Assembly (NCBI GenBank): GCA_028874075.1 | Contig: JAPPLU010000087.1 | Span: 6,738 to 70,737 of the forward strand | Direction of reading: 5' to 3' | Length of the DNA stretch: 64,000 bases | Source of the DNA: Chloroflexota bacterium | GTDB taxonomy: Bacteria > Chloroflexota > Dehalococcoidia > Lucifugimonadales > UBA3495 | Program-made: the position numbers and the translations under genes | The notes under the pieces: generated by a model | The model's input: the letters and a program-made list of their open reading frames with translations, nothing else | The model's database searches: none | What the model was told of the DNA's origin: nothing | Shown: positions 8,580 to 18,426 of the stretch, piece after piece | Position numbering within the stretch: the stretch's first letter is position 1 | Layout of the letters: every line of letters begins with the position of its first letter

Positions 8580-9722
8580 TTAGTGGCTGAAATCCTTCAC
8601 CATATCAAGAAATTCGTCAAAAATGTACTCGTTGTCCCTGGGCCCCGGCGATGCTTCCGAATGGTACTGGATAGTGAACAAGGGCATGTCCCGGTGGCGG
8701 GTTCCCTCGACGGTCTGGTCGTTCAAATTTATGTGGGACACCTCCAGCCCCGGGGGCAGGGTGTCCGGGTCCACCGCAAAGCCGTGATTCTGGGCGGTGA
8801 TATAGACCCGGCCGGTGGCCAGGTCCTGCACCGGATGGTTGCCGCCCCGGTGGCCGAAGGGCAGCTTGTAAGTGCTGCCGCCCAGGGCCCTGGCCGTAAG
8901 CTGGTGGCCCAGGCAGATGCCCATCACCGGCACCCGGCCCAAAATTTGCCGCACGTTGCCCACTACGTAGTCCAGCAACTGCGGGTCGCCCGGCCCCGGC
9001 GAAAGCAGGATGCCTGAAGGATTCATGGCCAGCATGTCCTCGGCGGAAGTCTCCGCCGGCACGGCGATTACCTCGCAACCCCGCTGCTGCAGCAATCGCA
9101 GGATGTTGTATTTCAGTCCCACGTCGGTTACCAGGATGCGGTGCTGGGGTTCATCCCCGTCTATGACTCCCAAACCTGCAGGAAGGGGCCCTTCCGCGCT
9201 CCACCGATACCTGTCTCCGGCGGTAACCGTCCTCACCAGGTCCTGGTCGTCGTACCGGGGCATTTCGGCCAGTTGGGCCGCCGCCGCTTCCGGACTGCCG
9301 GTGGTGATGAGACCCATCATCACGCCCCGCTCCCGCAGGCGGCGGGTGATGGCCCGGGTGTCCACTCCGCAAATTCCGGGTATCCCCTGGGCCTTCAGGT
9401 ATTCATCCAGGGTGCGGTCGCTTCGGCCGTGGCTGGGCGCGTCGCAGTGCTCCCTGACGATGAACCCGGCCACCCTTATTTTGGCCGACTCAAAGTCCTG
9501 GGGATTGATACCGTAGTTGCCCACCAGGGGATAAGTCAAGGTAACCAGCTGACCGGCATAGGACGGATCGGTAAGGACCTCCTGGTAACCGGTCATGCTG
9601 GTGTTGAAGACCACTTCGCCGTGGCCCTCCACCCGGGCGCCCATGGACTCGCCCCGGTGGATCGACCCGTCTTCCAGCACCAGGTAAGCTGGAACGGAAC
9701 TCTCGCTATCGGAAGTTGCCAA
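8580..9722 (-). CDS. carA: Carbamoyl-phosphate synthase small (glutaminase) subunit
   Basis: 380-aa ORF. GICLGHQ class-I amidotransferase nucleophile motif and a CarA N-domain. Confidence 0.95.
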   Translation of the reverse strand: MATSDSESSVPAYLVLEDGSIHRGESMGARVEGHGEVVFNTSMTGYQEVLTDPSYAGQLVTLTYPLVGNYGINPQDFESAKIRVAGFIVREHCDAPSHGRSDRTLDEYLKAQGIPGICGVDTRAITRRLRERGVMMGLITTGSPEAAAAQLAEMPRYDDQDLVRTVTAGDRYRWSAEGPLPAGLGVIDGDEPQHRILVTDVGLKYNILRLLQQRGCEVIAVPAETSAEDMLAMNPSGILLSPGPGDPQLLDYVVGNVRQILGRVPVMGICLGHQLTARALGGSTYKLPFGHRGGNHPVQDLATGRVYITAQNHGFAVDPDTLPPGLEVSHINLNDQTVEGTRHRDMPLFTIQYHSEASPGPRDNEYIFDEFLDMVKDFSH

Positions 9723-9820
9723 TGTTCAGAACCCCTTTTTGTCTTGGAGTCCACTAATCCGCCGTTGTGGACTAATGTTCACTGATAGTTGTTCTTGGCG
9801 ATTTTTGGATATCTTACTCT

Positions 9821-11182
9821 CTACACGCCGAAATCCTGGTGGACCAGGCGACCTTCCACCATTGTTGCCATCACCCTGCCTTTCAGGTTGACACCCTCCA
9901 GCGGCGTGTTACGCCCCTTGGATGCAAACTGGCTGGTATCAACCGTCCATTCCAGGTTAGGGTCAAAAAGCACCAGGTCCGCCGGGGAACCGGCTTCCAG
10001 GGTGGCGTACTGCTCGAAACTGGGCCCAAGCACCCGCGCCGGTCCCACGGTCAGGCGGTCCACCAGGGCGCTCATGGAGATGCGTCCACCATGGACCAGA
10101 GACAGCAGCGACCCCAGGGCCGTTTCCAGCACACTGATGCCAAAGGAGGCTTCCTCGTAGGTAACCTCCTTGCTGGCCGTCTCGTGGGGCGCGTGGTCAG
10201 TGGCGATGCAGTCAATTACCCCCTCAGCCAAGCCCTCGATCAGAGCCTCCACGTCGCTGTTCCCACGTAGCGGTGGGTAGACCTTGGTTGAAGTATCGAA
10301 GTTGAGTGGCCCAGCGGTCCGGCCCTGGGCACCCTGGTACCCCAGCGCCCACTCGTCGGTCAGGAACAGGTGCTGAGGGCACACCTCGCAGGTAACCGAC
10401 ACGCCCCGCTTCCGCGCCTGCCGAACCAAGTCAACAGAACCGGCGGTGCTCAGGTGAGCCAGATGCAGCAGACCCCCCGCCATCTCGGCCAGTGTCAGGT
10501 CTCTGGCCACCATAGACTCCTCGGCGGCCGCCGGAATGCCGGGCAGGCCCAGACGGGTGGCCGTCCAGCCTTCGGCCATTACACCGCCAGAACACAGGCC
10601 ATGTTCCTGGCAATGGTTGATGATGGGCATGGCCAGGTCCAGGGTGTAGGTCAGGGCCAGGCGCATCAAGTTGGGGTCAGCCACCGGATCGCCGTCGTCG
10701 CTGTAGGCCACCACCCCGGCGGCAGCCAGTTCCTCCATCTCCGCCAGTTCCCGCCCTTTCCGGCCCTTGGTTACCGCGCCAATGGGGAATACCCGCACCA
10801 GCCCGTCGGCCTCGGCACGACGATTTACCAATTCCACCATCGCCTCGTTGTCGATGGCAGGATCGGTATTGGGCATGCAGCACAGGGAGGTGAACCCGCC
10901 CCGAGCGGCGGCCCGGGTACCGGTGGCGATGGTCTCCTTGTACTCGTAGCCCGGTTCCCGCAGGTGGGTGTGAAGATCGATGAACCCGGGCGTTGCCACC
11001 AATCCGTTGGCCGGAACCGTATGAGTGCCGTCGGGCACGTCAAACAGCGTCAGGGACGGCCCCGCGGAGACGATGCGACCCTCCCGGGTCAGGACGTCTC
11101 CCACCCCGTCAATGCCCCGTCCGGGGTCAACGATGCGGGCGCCCTTGATGAGGACGGGCCTATTGTAATTGCGGTTTACCAA
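9821..11182 (-). CDS. pyrC: Dihydroorotase
   Basis: 453-aa ORF. DLHTHLR metal-binding motif, amidohydrolase fold, and position within the pyr operon. Confidence 0.93.
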   Translation of the reverse strand: MVNRNYNRPVLIKGARIVDPGRGIDGVGDVLTREGRIVSAGPSLTLFDVPDGTHTVPANGLVATPGFIDLHTHLREPGYEYKETIATGTRAAARGGFTSLCCMPNTDPAIDNEAMVELVNRRAEADGLVRVFPIGAVTKGRKGRELAEMEELAAAGVVAYSDDGDPVADPNLMRLALTYTLDLAMPIINHCQEHGLCSGGVMAEGWTATRLGLPGIPAAAEESMVARDLTLAEMAGGLLHLAHLSTAGSVDLVRQARKRGVSVTCEVCPQHLFLTDEWALGYQGAQGRTAGPLNFDTSTKVYPPLRGNSDVEALIEGLAEGVIDCIATDHAPHETASKEVTYEEASFGISVLETALGSLLSLVHGGRISMSALVDRLTVGPARVLGPSFEQYATLEAGSPADLVLFDPNLEWTVDTSQFASKGRNTPLEGVNLKGRVMATMVEGRLVHQDFGV

Positions 11183-11214
11183 GTCGCTGCTCTAACTTTA
11201 CTGTAAGGATATGC

Positions 11215-11286
11215 TTCTCTATAAAGAGAAACGGAGACACAGAGGATCCCTGCGAATCAGCGTTTCTCTGTTTCTCTTTGTATTAA
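11215..11286. repeat. REP-like palindromic element, copy b (between pyrB and pyrC)
   Basis: Arms ataaagagaaacggaga / tctctgtttctctttgta, with a cacagagg-containing loop. Confidence 0.5.
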
Positions 11287-11291
11287 AACTC

Positions 11292-12338
11292 TCAATTCGG
11301 TTGTCCCGTCTCCCCTCGCCTGCCCCTGCCGGCGCAAAGGCGGTACAGCAACGCCATCCGCACAGCCACGCCGTTGGTTACCTGCTTCTCAATTACGGAG
11401 CTTTCGCCGTGGGCCAGGGCGGTGCTGATTTCTATGCCTTCGTTCATGGGACCCGGGTGCATCACCAGCGCGCCGGACTTGGCCCGTGCCATCCTTGCAT
11501 CGGTAACCTGCCAGCGGCGAATGTACTCCCGCAGGCTGGGCAGGAAGCCGGCATGCTGCCGCTCCGACTGCAGGCGCAGGGCCATCACCACGTCCGCGCC
11601 CTCGATGGCCCGGTCCAGGTCGGTGTCCACGTCCACCTGGGCGAAGGGATGGTCCTCCTCCAGTTCGTCCCGCCCGCTCAGCAGATCCAGGGGCATCAGC
11701 GTGGTTGGGCCCGACAGGACTACCTGCGCGCCCATCTTGGTCAATCCCCACAGGTTAGAGCGGGCTACCCGGCTATGCAGCACGTCACCCACAATGACCA
11801 CTTTTGCGCCCAGCAGCGTTCCCAATTTCTCCCGCATGGTATACAGGTCCAGCAGCGCCTGGGTGGGATGGGCGTGCAGGCCGTCGCCGGCGTTGATGAC
11901 CGAAACCTGGGGCAGATGGCGGGCCAGCAAGTAGGGCGCGCCGGAATGGGGATGCCGTATGACCACTACGTCCACGCCCATGGCCTGAAGGGTCAGCCCC
12001 GTGTTCAGCAGCGACTCGCCCTTGTCCACGCTGCTACCGGAACTGGACATATTGATGACGTCGGCGCTGAGCACCTTGCCCGCCTCCTCGAAGGAGATGC
12101 GGGTGCGGGTGCTGGACTCGTAGAACATGGTGACGACGACGCGACCGCGCAAGGTGGGCACCTTCTTGATGTCTCGCCCCAACACTTCAACCATGGCGCC
12201 GGTGTCGTCCAGGACGGACGTTATCTCCTCGGCGGAGAAATCGTCCAGGTCCAGCACGTTGCTCCGGTTGTCGGTGGGCGCCTGCAGGGATACGTCCCCG
12301 GCCTCACCGCTCAGGGCCATTGCGTCAGGCGTGGTCAT
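11292..12338 (-). CDS. pyrB: Aspartate carbamoyltransferase catalytic subunit
   Basis: STRTR and HPTQ motifs. ATG at 12338 lies 1 nt after the pyrR stop. The longer track ORF (to 12377) overlaps pyrR. Confidence 0.94.
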   Translation of the reverse strand: MTTPDAMALSGEAGDVSLQAPTDNRSNVLDLDDFSAEEITSVLDDTGAMVEVLGRDIKKVPTLRGRVVVTMFYESSTRTRISFEEAGKVLSADVINMSSSGSSVDKGESLLNTGLTLQAMGVDVVVIRHPHSGAPYLLARHLPQVSVINAGDGLHAHPTQALLDLYTMREKLGTLLGAKVVIVGDVLHSRVARSNLWGLTKMGAQVVLSGPTTLMPLDLLSGRDELEEDHPFAQVDVDTDLDRAIEGADVVMALRLQSERQHAGFLPSLREYIRRWQVTDARMARAKSGALVMHPGPMNEGIEISTALAHGESSVIEKQVTNGVAVRMALLYRLCAGRGRRGETGQPN

Positions 12339-12339
12339 T

Positions 12340-13477
<1,138 letters not shown>

Positions 13478-13820
13478 TTATATGCTCCCGCCCAGCCGGC
13501 AAATGGAAGGCGATGTGCGATTTGCAAATTAATACCCCTTACCCGACTGGCAAGGGGTCGCGAGGGCCGGCGTGCGCCGCAGCAACGCGACACTCCGCCG
13601 GGTACCAGGCCCAAACACTTTGCCAGCCTCACGGGACTGCTTAAAAGACGGCCGGTCTGCCGGGGCAAACGGGCCAAGGGCGGGGGTATTTGGTTGTACC
13701 TACTTGTACGTTCGACCTATTGAGAACAAATCCTAATGGAGAATTCGTAGAGATTATAGCACTTTTCGTCAAAGACTTGTACCCGAATCACGTCTTCCGC
13801 CAGAGAATTTCGTCGCCAGT

Positions 13821-14159
13821 TCACGCGGCACCGGCATAAATCCCTATCTCCACCTGCACCATGCCGAAAGTGGTTGAAAGATTCGGGGAAACCTCTCCGA
13901 ATTCCGCCAATGTTTCCCTTTCCCCTTCAGTCAGGGGTTCGTTGTGGTAGGCCACTGCCTCCCTTAACGTCATGGGTTTCGTTGGCAAAGTGTCCCCATG
14001 CTGAATCATACCTTCAATATGAAACTCCAGGGCCTCCCGGACAATTCCTTGAATCTCTTGCCAAGTCTGGCCGGCACTGACGCATCCGGGAAAGTCTGGA
14101 AGAAACGCGCAGTAGTTGTTGGCACTCTCCTGATAAACAACCACGTACCTGACGTTCAT
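13821..14159 (-). CDS. HicB-like (UPF0150) antitoxin-fold protein
   Basis: 112-aa ORF. YCAFLPDFPGCVSAGQTWQEIQGIVREALEFHIEG matches the HicB N-domain. Starts 7 nt after the vWA gene stop, with GAGGAG upstream. Confidence 0.7.
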   Translation of the reverse strand: MNVRYVVVYQESANNYCAFLPDFPGCVSAGQTWQEIQGIVREALEFHIEGMIQHGDTLPTKPMTLREAVAYHNEPLTEGERETLAEFGEVSPNLSTTFGMVQVEIGIYAGAA

Positions 14160-14166
14160 TTGCTCC

Positions 14167-16200
14167 TCACCCCGTAACCCGCTTCTTCCGGTTGTTCATG
14201 TAGTCCACCAGGATGTACTCGCCCAGGTTTTCGGAACTGCTGTAGAAGGCCCGGCCCCGGTTGATGCGCGTCATGCGGTCTACGAAGTTCACCAACTGGT
14301 AGTTGTTTTCCAGCATGAAGGTATTGATGACGATCCCTTCCTGGCTGCACTTCTTGACTTCTTTGAGTGTTTCTATCTCGGTGCGGTAGCTGGGCGGGTA
14401 GTTGAAGTAGGAACGGCCGTTTTCCAGGTGGGCCGTGGGCTCGCCGTCGGTGATGACCAGGATCTGGCGGGTGCCGCCCTTCTCCTTGGCCAGCAGGTTG
14501 CGGGACAGCATCAACGCGTGGTGCAGGTTGGTCCCCGACACCCAGGCATTCCAGCTCAGGGACGCCAGGTCTTCTTCCTTGATTTCCCGGGCGTAGTCGG
14601 AGAAGCCCACCACGTGCAGGGTGTCCCTCGGGTACTGGGTGCGGATCAGGGCAAACAGGGCCAGGGTAACCTTTTTGGCCGCCTGCCAGTTGTTGAACAG
14701 GCCCATGCTGCGGCTCTGGTCCAGCAGCACGATGGTGGCGGCGCGGGTCATGTGCTCGTTGCGGTAAATCTCAAAGTCTTGGGGGCTGATTTTCACAGGC
14801 ACCTGGGGCCCGCCCCGCACGATGGCGTTCTTCACGGTGGACTGCAAGTCTATCTGGAAGGGGTCGCCGAACTCGTAGGGCTTAGTTTCGCCCAGCAGAT
14901 CGCCGCCGGCGCCTCGGGTGTCCAACTCGTGGTTGCCGGAGCGGTCCTTCTTCAGGTGGATGAACACCTCTCGCAGGGCCTTCTGGCCGATACGCCGAAT
15001 GCCCCGCGCTGTCAACTGCAAGTCGTCGTCCCCGGTTACGTAGCCGGCCTCCTTAAGCAGTTGGCGCAGCCGGTCCAATTCTTCCCAGGCGCGGCGGGCC
15101 TCGTCGCCGAGCAATTGGGCCAGTTTGTCCGGGTCTATGTCGTCCATGTCGCCGGTGCGCAGGGCCTGCTGCAACATCTGCTCCAGTTGGTCCAGGTCCT
15201 GCATCTGGCGCATCATTTCCATGGCCTGTTCCAGGGTCAGGCTGTCGTCGCCCAGGAAGGGATACTGGCGGCGCAGGTCGTCCATGGGCATTAGCTGTTC
15301 CATCAGCGACGCGAACTCGGCCATCTGCCGCTGCATACCCGGGTCCAGTGCCGACTGAAGGGCGTCCTCCAGTTCCTGCCGGGCCTCGGGGGACATGCTG
15401 TCCATCATGGACTGCATCTGGGCCAGTTGCTGTTGCAGCATCTCCATCAGCTCCTCAAAACTCTGGGGCGGGTTGTCCCCGAACATCCCGCCAAACTGCT
15501 GCATGAAGCCGTCGAAGTCAGGTTCGCGGCCGGCCAGCTTGTCCCGCATCATCTCGTTGAGCTGGCGCATCATCTCCTGCATGGCCGCCATCTGCTCCGG
15601 CGACATATCCTGGAGTTGCTGCTGCATCTGCTGCCCCATGTTCTGGGCCATTTGCTGTTTCAGCATGTCCAGCAGTTCCTGGAACATCTGCTGGGCGTCG
15701 GGGTCCATGAAGTCGTACTCCATCAACTCCTGGATCTGGCCGCCGAGGCCGTCGGGCAGGTTGTCCAGCTTTTCCCTGTTGCGGTCTGCCCGCTGCTTCA
15801 GCAGGTCCAGCAGGTTCTCCTGCATGGCGCGGTCCTCGTTGGACACCTGGTTGACCTGCTCCTGGGCCTCTTCCAGCCGGCGGTCAATGCCCTCCCGCTC
15901 GGTGCGCAGGATTTCATCCAGCCGTTCCTTCAAGTCGTCCACCACCGAGTCCATGTTGTGCTGCTGGAGTTGCTGGTGGCGCCGGTCCCGGAGCATGTCC
16001 ATCAACTCGCGCAGGCCAGGCATTTGCTGGCCGTTCCGGTCCTGCATCCCGTTGCGCAGCAGTTCCCGCAGGGCCTGCATTACGTCGCCCTGCTTCAACA
16101 GTTCATCCGCCAGGCGGTCCATCAACTCGTCGGCGTCGATGTCGAAGATGTCCTGGGTGCCGTCCCACTGGGAGTAGCGGTAGGTACGGTAGAAGAGCAT
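14167..16200 (-). CDS. von Willebrand factor A domain protein with a long M/Q/E/D-rich helical region
   Basis: ATG at 16200 has GGGAGG upstream. N-terminus is MLFYRTYRYSQWDGTQ. The C-terminal vWA domain has a MIDAS motif (LLDQSRSMG ... ITDGEPTAH). The track ORF extends to 16323. Confidence 0.8.
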   Translation of the reverse strand: MLFYRTYRYSQWDGTQDIFDIDADELMDRLADELLKQGDVMQALRELLRNGMQDRNGQQMPGLRELMDMLRDRRHQQLQQHNMDSVVDDLKERLDEILRTEREGIDRRLEEAQEQVNQVSNEDRAMQENLLDLLKQRADRNREKLDNLPDGLGGQIQELMEYDFMDPDAQQMFQELLDMLKQQMAQNMGQQMQQQLQDMSPEQMAAMQEMMRQLNEMMRDKLAGREPDFDGFMQQFGGMFGDNPPQSFEELMEMLQQQLAQMQSMMDSMSPEARQELEDALQSALDPGMQRQMAEFASLMEQLMPMDDLRRQYPFLGDDSLTLEQAMEMMRQMQDLDQLEQMLQQALRTGDMDDIDPDKLAQLLGDEARRAWEELDRLRQLLKEAGYVTGDDDLQLTARGIRRIGQKALREVFIHLKKDRSGNHELDTRGAGGDLLGETKPYEFGDPFQIDLQSTVKNAIVRGGPQVPVKISPQDFEIYRNEHMTRAATIVLLDQSRSMGLFNNWQAAKKVTLALFALIRTQYPRDTLHVVGFSDYAREIKEEDLASLSWNAWVSGTNLHHALMLSRNLLAKEKGGTRQILVITDGEPTAHLENGRSYFNYPPSYRTEIETLKEVKKCSQEGIVINTFMLENNYQLVNFVDRMTRINRGRAFYSSSENLGEYILVDYMNNRKKRVTG

Positions 16201-16560
16201 CGTGGCCTCCCTGTGCCGGTATTTGCGCCGTCCGGGAGATATGGGGGAAATCGGAGGATTGCGGGAAATGATACAGGGCAAATGGACGGGCCGCAACAAT
16301 TGGGACCGGCGCAGGTGGATCAAGGAGCGCTTCTCTATCCATTGGGTAAGTGGGATCTGCGAACCCTGTCAACTTCTGTTAGAGTTCATGGGACAGGCTC
16401 GGGCTCCGGCCCATCCTCATTACCTCAGAATGAAACTGTGAATCCAGGCTTGTTACTGCCATCTCCTTATTAACCACGGACGGTGTGAAGTCTGTACCGC
16501 AGACTCTGCCGCGCCTTCCAGGTTTACGAAGCATCCAGCATTAGGAGTCCTGACCAGGCT

Positions 16561-17268
16561 ATGCTATTAGAGAATAGAGTGGCGCTAATTACCGGCGCGG
16601 GCCGGGGCATAGGTCGCGCCATCGCCCTGGCCTTCGCCCGGGAAGGGGCGCTCGCCATCGTTACCGGCCGCGACATGGCACGCCTGGCGGAGGTGGTTGA
16701 CCAAGTACGCGCCGGCGGAGGGAAGGCGGAAGCCTTCTCGCTGGACGTAACCAACGACGTTGACGCGTACCACGTTGTAGAGCAGGTTATGGCGAACTGG
16801 GGAACCGTCGACCTCCTGGTCAACAACGCTGGCGTGATCACTTACCATACGCCGGTGTGGGAGACCACTATGGAGCAGTGGGACGAAGTGATGAACACCA
16901 ACCTGCGGGGCATGCATCTCCTCTGCCGGGCAGTAGCGCCCCACATGATAAGCAAAGGGCAAGGAACGATCATCAACATAGGCTCATCGTCCGGCCGCCG
17001 GGCCGAAGGGGAAAACGGGGCTTACGTGGCCTCCAAGTGGGGCGTCATAGGATACACGGCCTCCCTCGCCCAGTCGCTGCGGCCCTACGGCATAAGCGTG
17101 AACGGTATCAATCCTGACTGGGTGGACACCGACATGGCGAGGGCCAGCCATCCCGAAGGAGACTCAGATTGGATAACCCCAGAGGAGGTAGCTGAGGCCG
17201 CTCTGTACCTGGCGACCAAGGCGCCAGGGCTCATGAGCGGGCAGTTTATCGATATGTTTGAGTCCTGA
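16561..17268 (+). CDS. SDR family oxidoreductase (FabG-like)
   Basis: 235-aa ORF. TGAGRGIG, NNAG and YVASK motifs. Confidence 0.92.
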   Translation: MLLENRVALITGAGRGIGRAIALAFAREGALAIVTGRDMARLAEVVDQVRAGGGKAEAFSLDVTNDVDAYHVVEQVMANWGTVDLLVNNAGVITYHTPVWETTMEQWDEVMNTNLRGMHLLCRAVAPHMISKGQGTIINIGSSSGRRAEGENGAYVASKWGVIGYTASLAQSLRPYGISVNGINPDWVDTDMARASHPEGDSDWITPEEVAEAALYLATKAPGLMSGQFIDMFES

Positions 17269-17342
17269 CGGTATGGCGTGTTGAAGTCCGGCAGGCGAGA
17301 TTCCTGGATCCAAGAACGTTAAGAAAGCACCATTCAGGCACC

Positions 17343-17456
17343 ATGGTGAAGAAGTACGACCATATAATCGTCGGAGCGGGTCCCGCCGGCGCGGCCCGTG
17401 CAGCCCCCTTTCGGGAGACTTCCATCGCACTGTCTACTCCCGGAAGCCGGGGCTGA
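17343..17456 (+). pseudogene. Remnant of an FAD-dependent oxidoreductase N-terminus
   Basis: MVKKYDHIIVGAGPAGAARAA... is a Rossmann GxGxxG dinucleotide-binding start, but a stop follows after 37 codons and no continuation is recognisable. Confidence 0.45.
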
Positions 17457-17541
17457 TTCCCGGGGCCAGCGGGGTATGCCCGAGAAAATCAACCACACTA
17501 ATGCAAACCACATGAATCTGAGCGCTACCCCTCGCAACCAT

Positions 17542-18107
17542 CAGGGCAATCGCATTTTGAGTCAGGCAAGAGGGGCGTCCGCCAGAGGCGGATCGCTCAA
17601 GGGAATCGCCGCAGTCTCCAACATGGAGGTTCCCGCCTGCCTTCGGGGCATTCAGTCTGGGGAATTTTTTTATATTCGTCCCATTTTGGGCCGTTTCGGG
17701 CCGTTTCGTATCTGAATCTCAGGTCAGATACGACTCCGGTGGCCCGAAAGTGGGCCACTCCCCAGATAGGAAATGGGTTGGACAAGCGGGCCATTTTGGG
17801 CCGTTCCGGGCCGTTTTGAGCCACTGACTTAAACCAGAGCCGATGACACGCCCTCACTCCGGCACTCTTCCATGGGGAGAGAAGTGATTCAGGCTTGACG
17901 GGACCATGGATAGAAGGCGTCATGGAAGTATGGTAGAGAAGCGTTAACCGGAGAATCAAGAGGCAAGTGTCACCAGGGCAATGGCGTTTTGAGTCCGGCA
18001 AAAGGGGGGCAGTTTTCGCCCAAGGTATAACCCCGCAGTCTCCAGGCTCGAGGTACCAGACTGCGCTAGAACGACGGGCTTTCCCGAATCATAACGCGAT
18101 TGCCCTG
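17542..18107. mobile_element. 566-bp non-coding element with terminal inverted repeats and a 10-bp target-site duplication (MITE-like)
   Basis: Left end cagggcaatcgc (17542-17553) and right end gcgattgccctg (18096-18107) are perfect 12-bp inverted repeats, 19 of 22 when extended. The flanking direct repeat tcgcaaccat sits at 17532-17541 and 18108-18117. No credible ORF inside. Confidence 0.7.
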
Positions 18108-18426
18108 TCGCAACCATCCGTTTACATCAATTTAACAAGGCATTAGAGTAAGGGGACAGCCAAGAGTCGAGGTGAGGGCGTTTTCCCGAAGGTACTTGCT
18201 ACCAGAACTTCGGGTTCTCCGTCGACCCTCGATGGTCTGGGATAGGCAGCCTCCCGAAACTCTTGAAGGCCCCGGAACCGGGCGGCAATTTACTTGGTCA
18301 GCCACGGCGTCCCTGCTGCATTTTCGTTGCTTTTGACTCAGTTTCTGCATTGCGTCGCCATTTAGTTGCAGTTTAATTTACCAGTCGCCCGCCCGGCTCC
18401 CCATCCTGTCCAAGCCTGGTGCAAGA

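Noticed and set aside
13700-13820. Search for a HicA toxin partner of the HicB-like gene
   Set aside because: All three minus-strand frames give only short peptides with no HicA-like motif. Upstream is the vWA gene. No HicA is called.
17679-17816. Possible CRISPR array, given the tandem GGGCCGTTTC-type repeats
   Set aside because: The units are only 10 bp, directly abutting with no spacers. There are only 3-4 per array, and no cas genes are present. This is not CRISPR.
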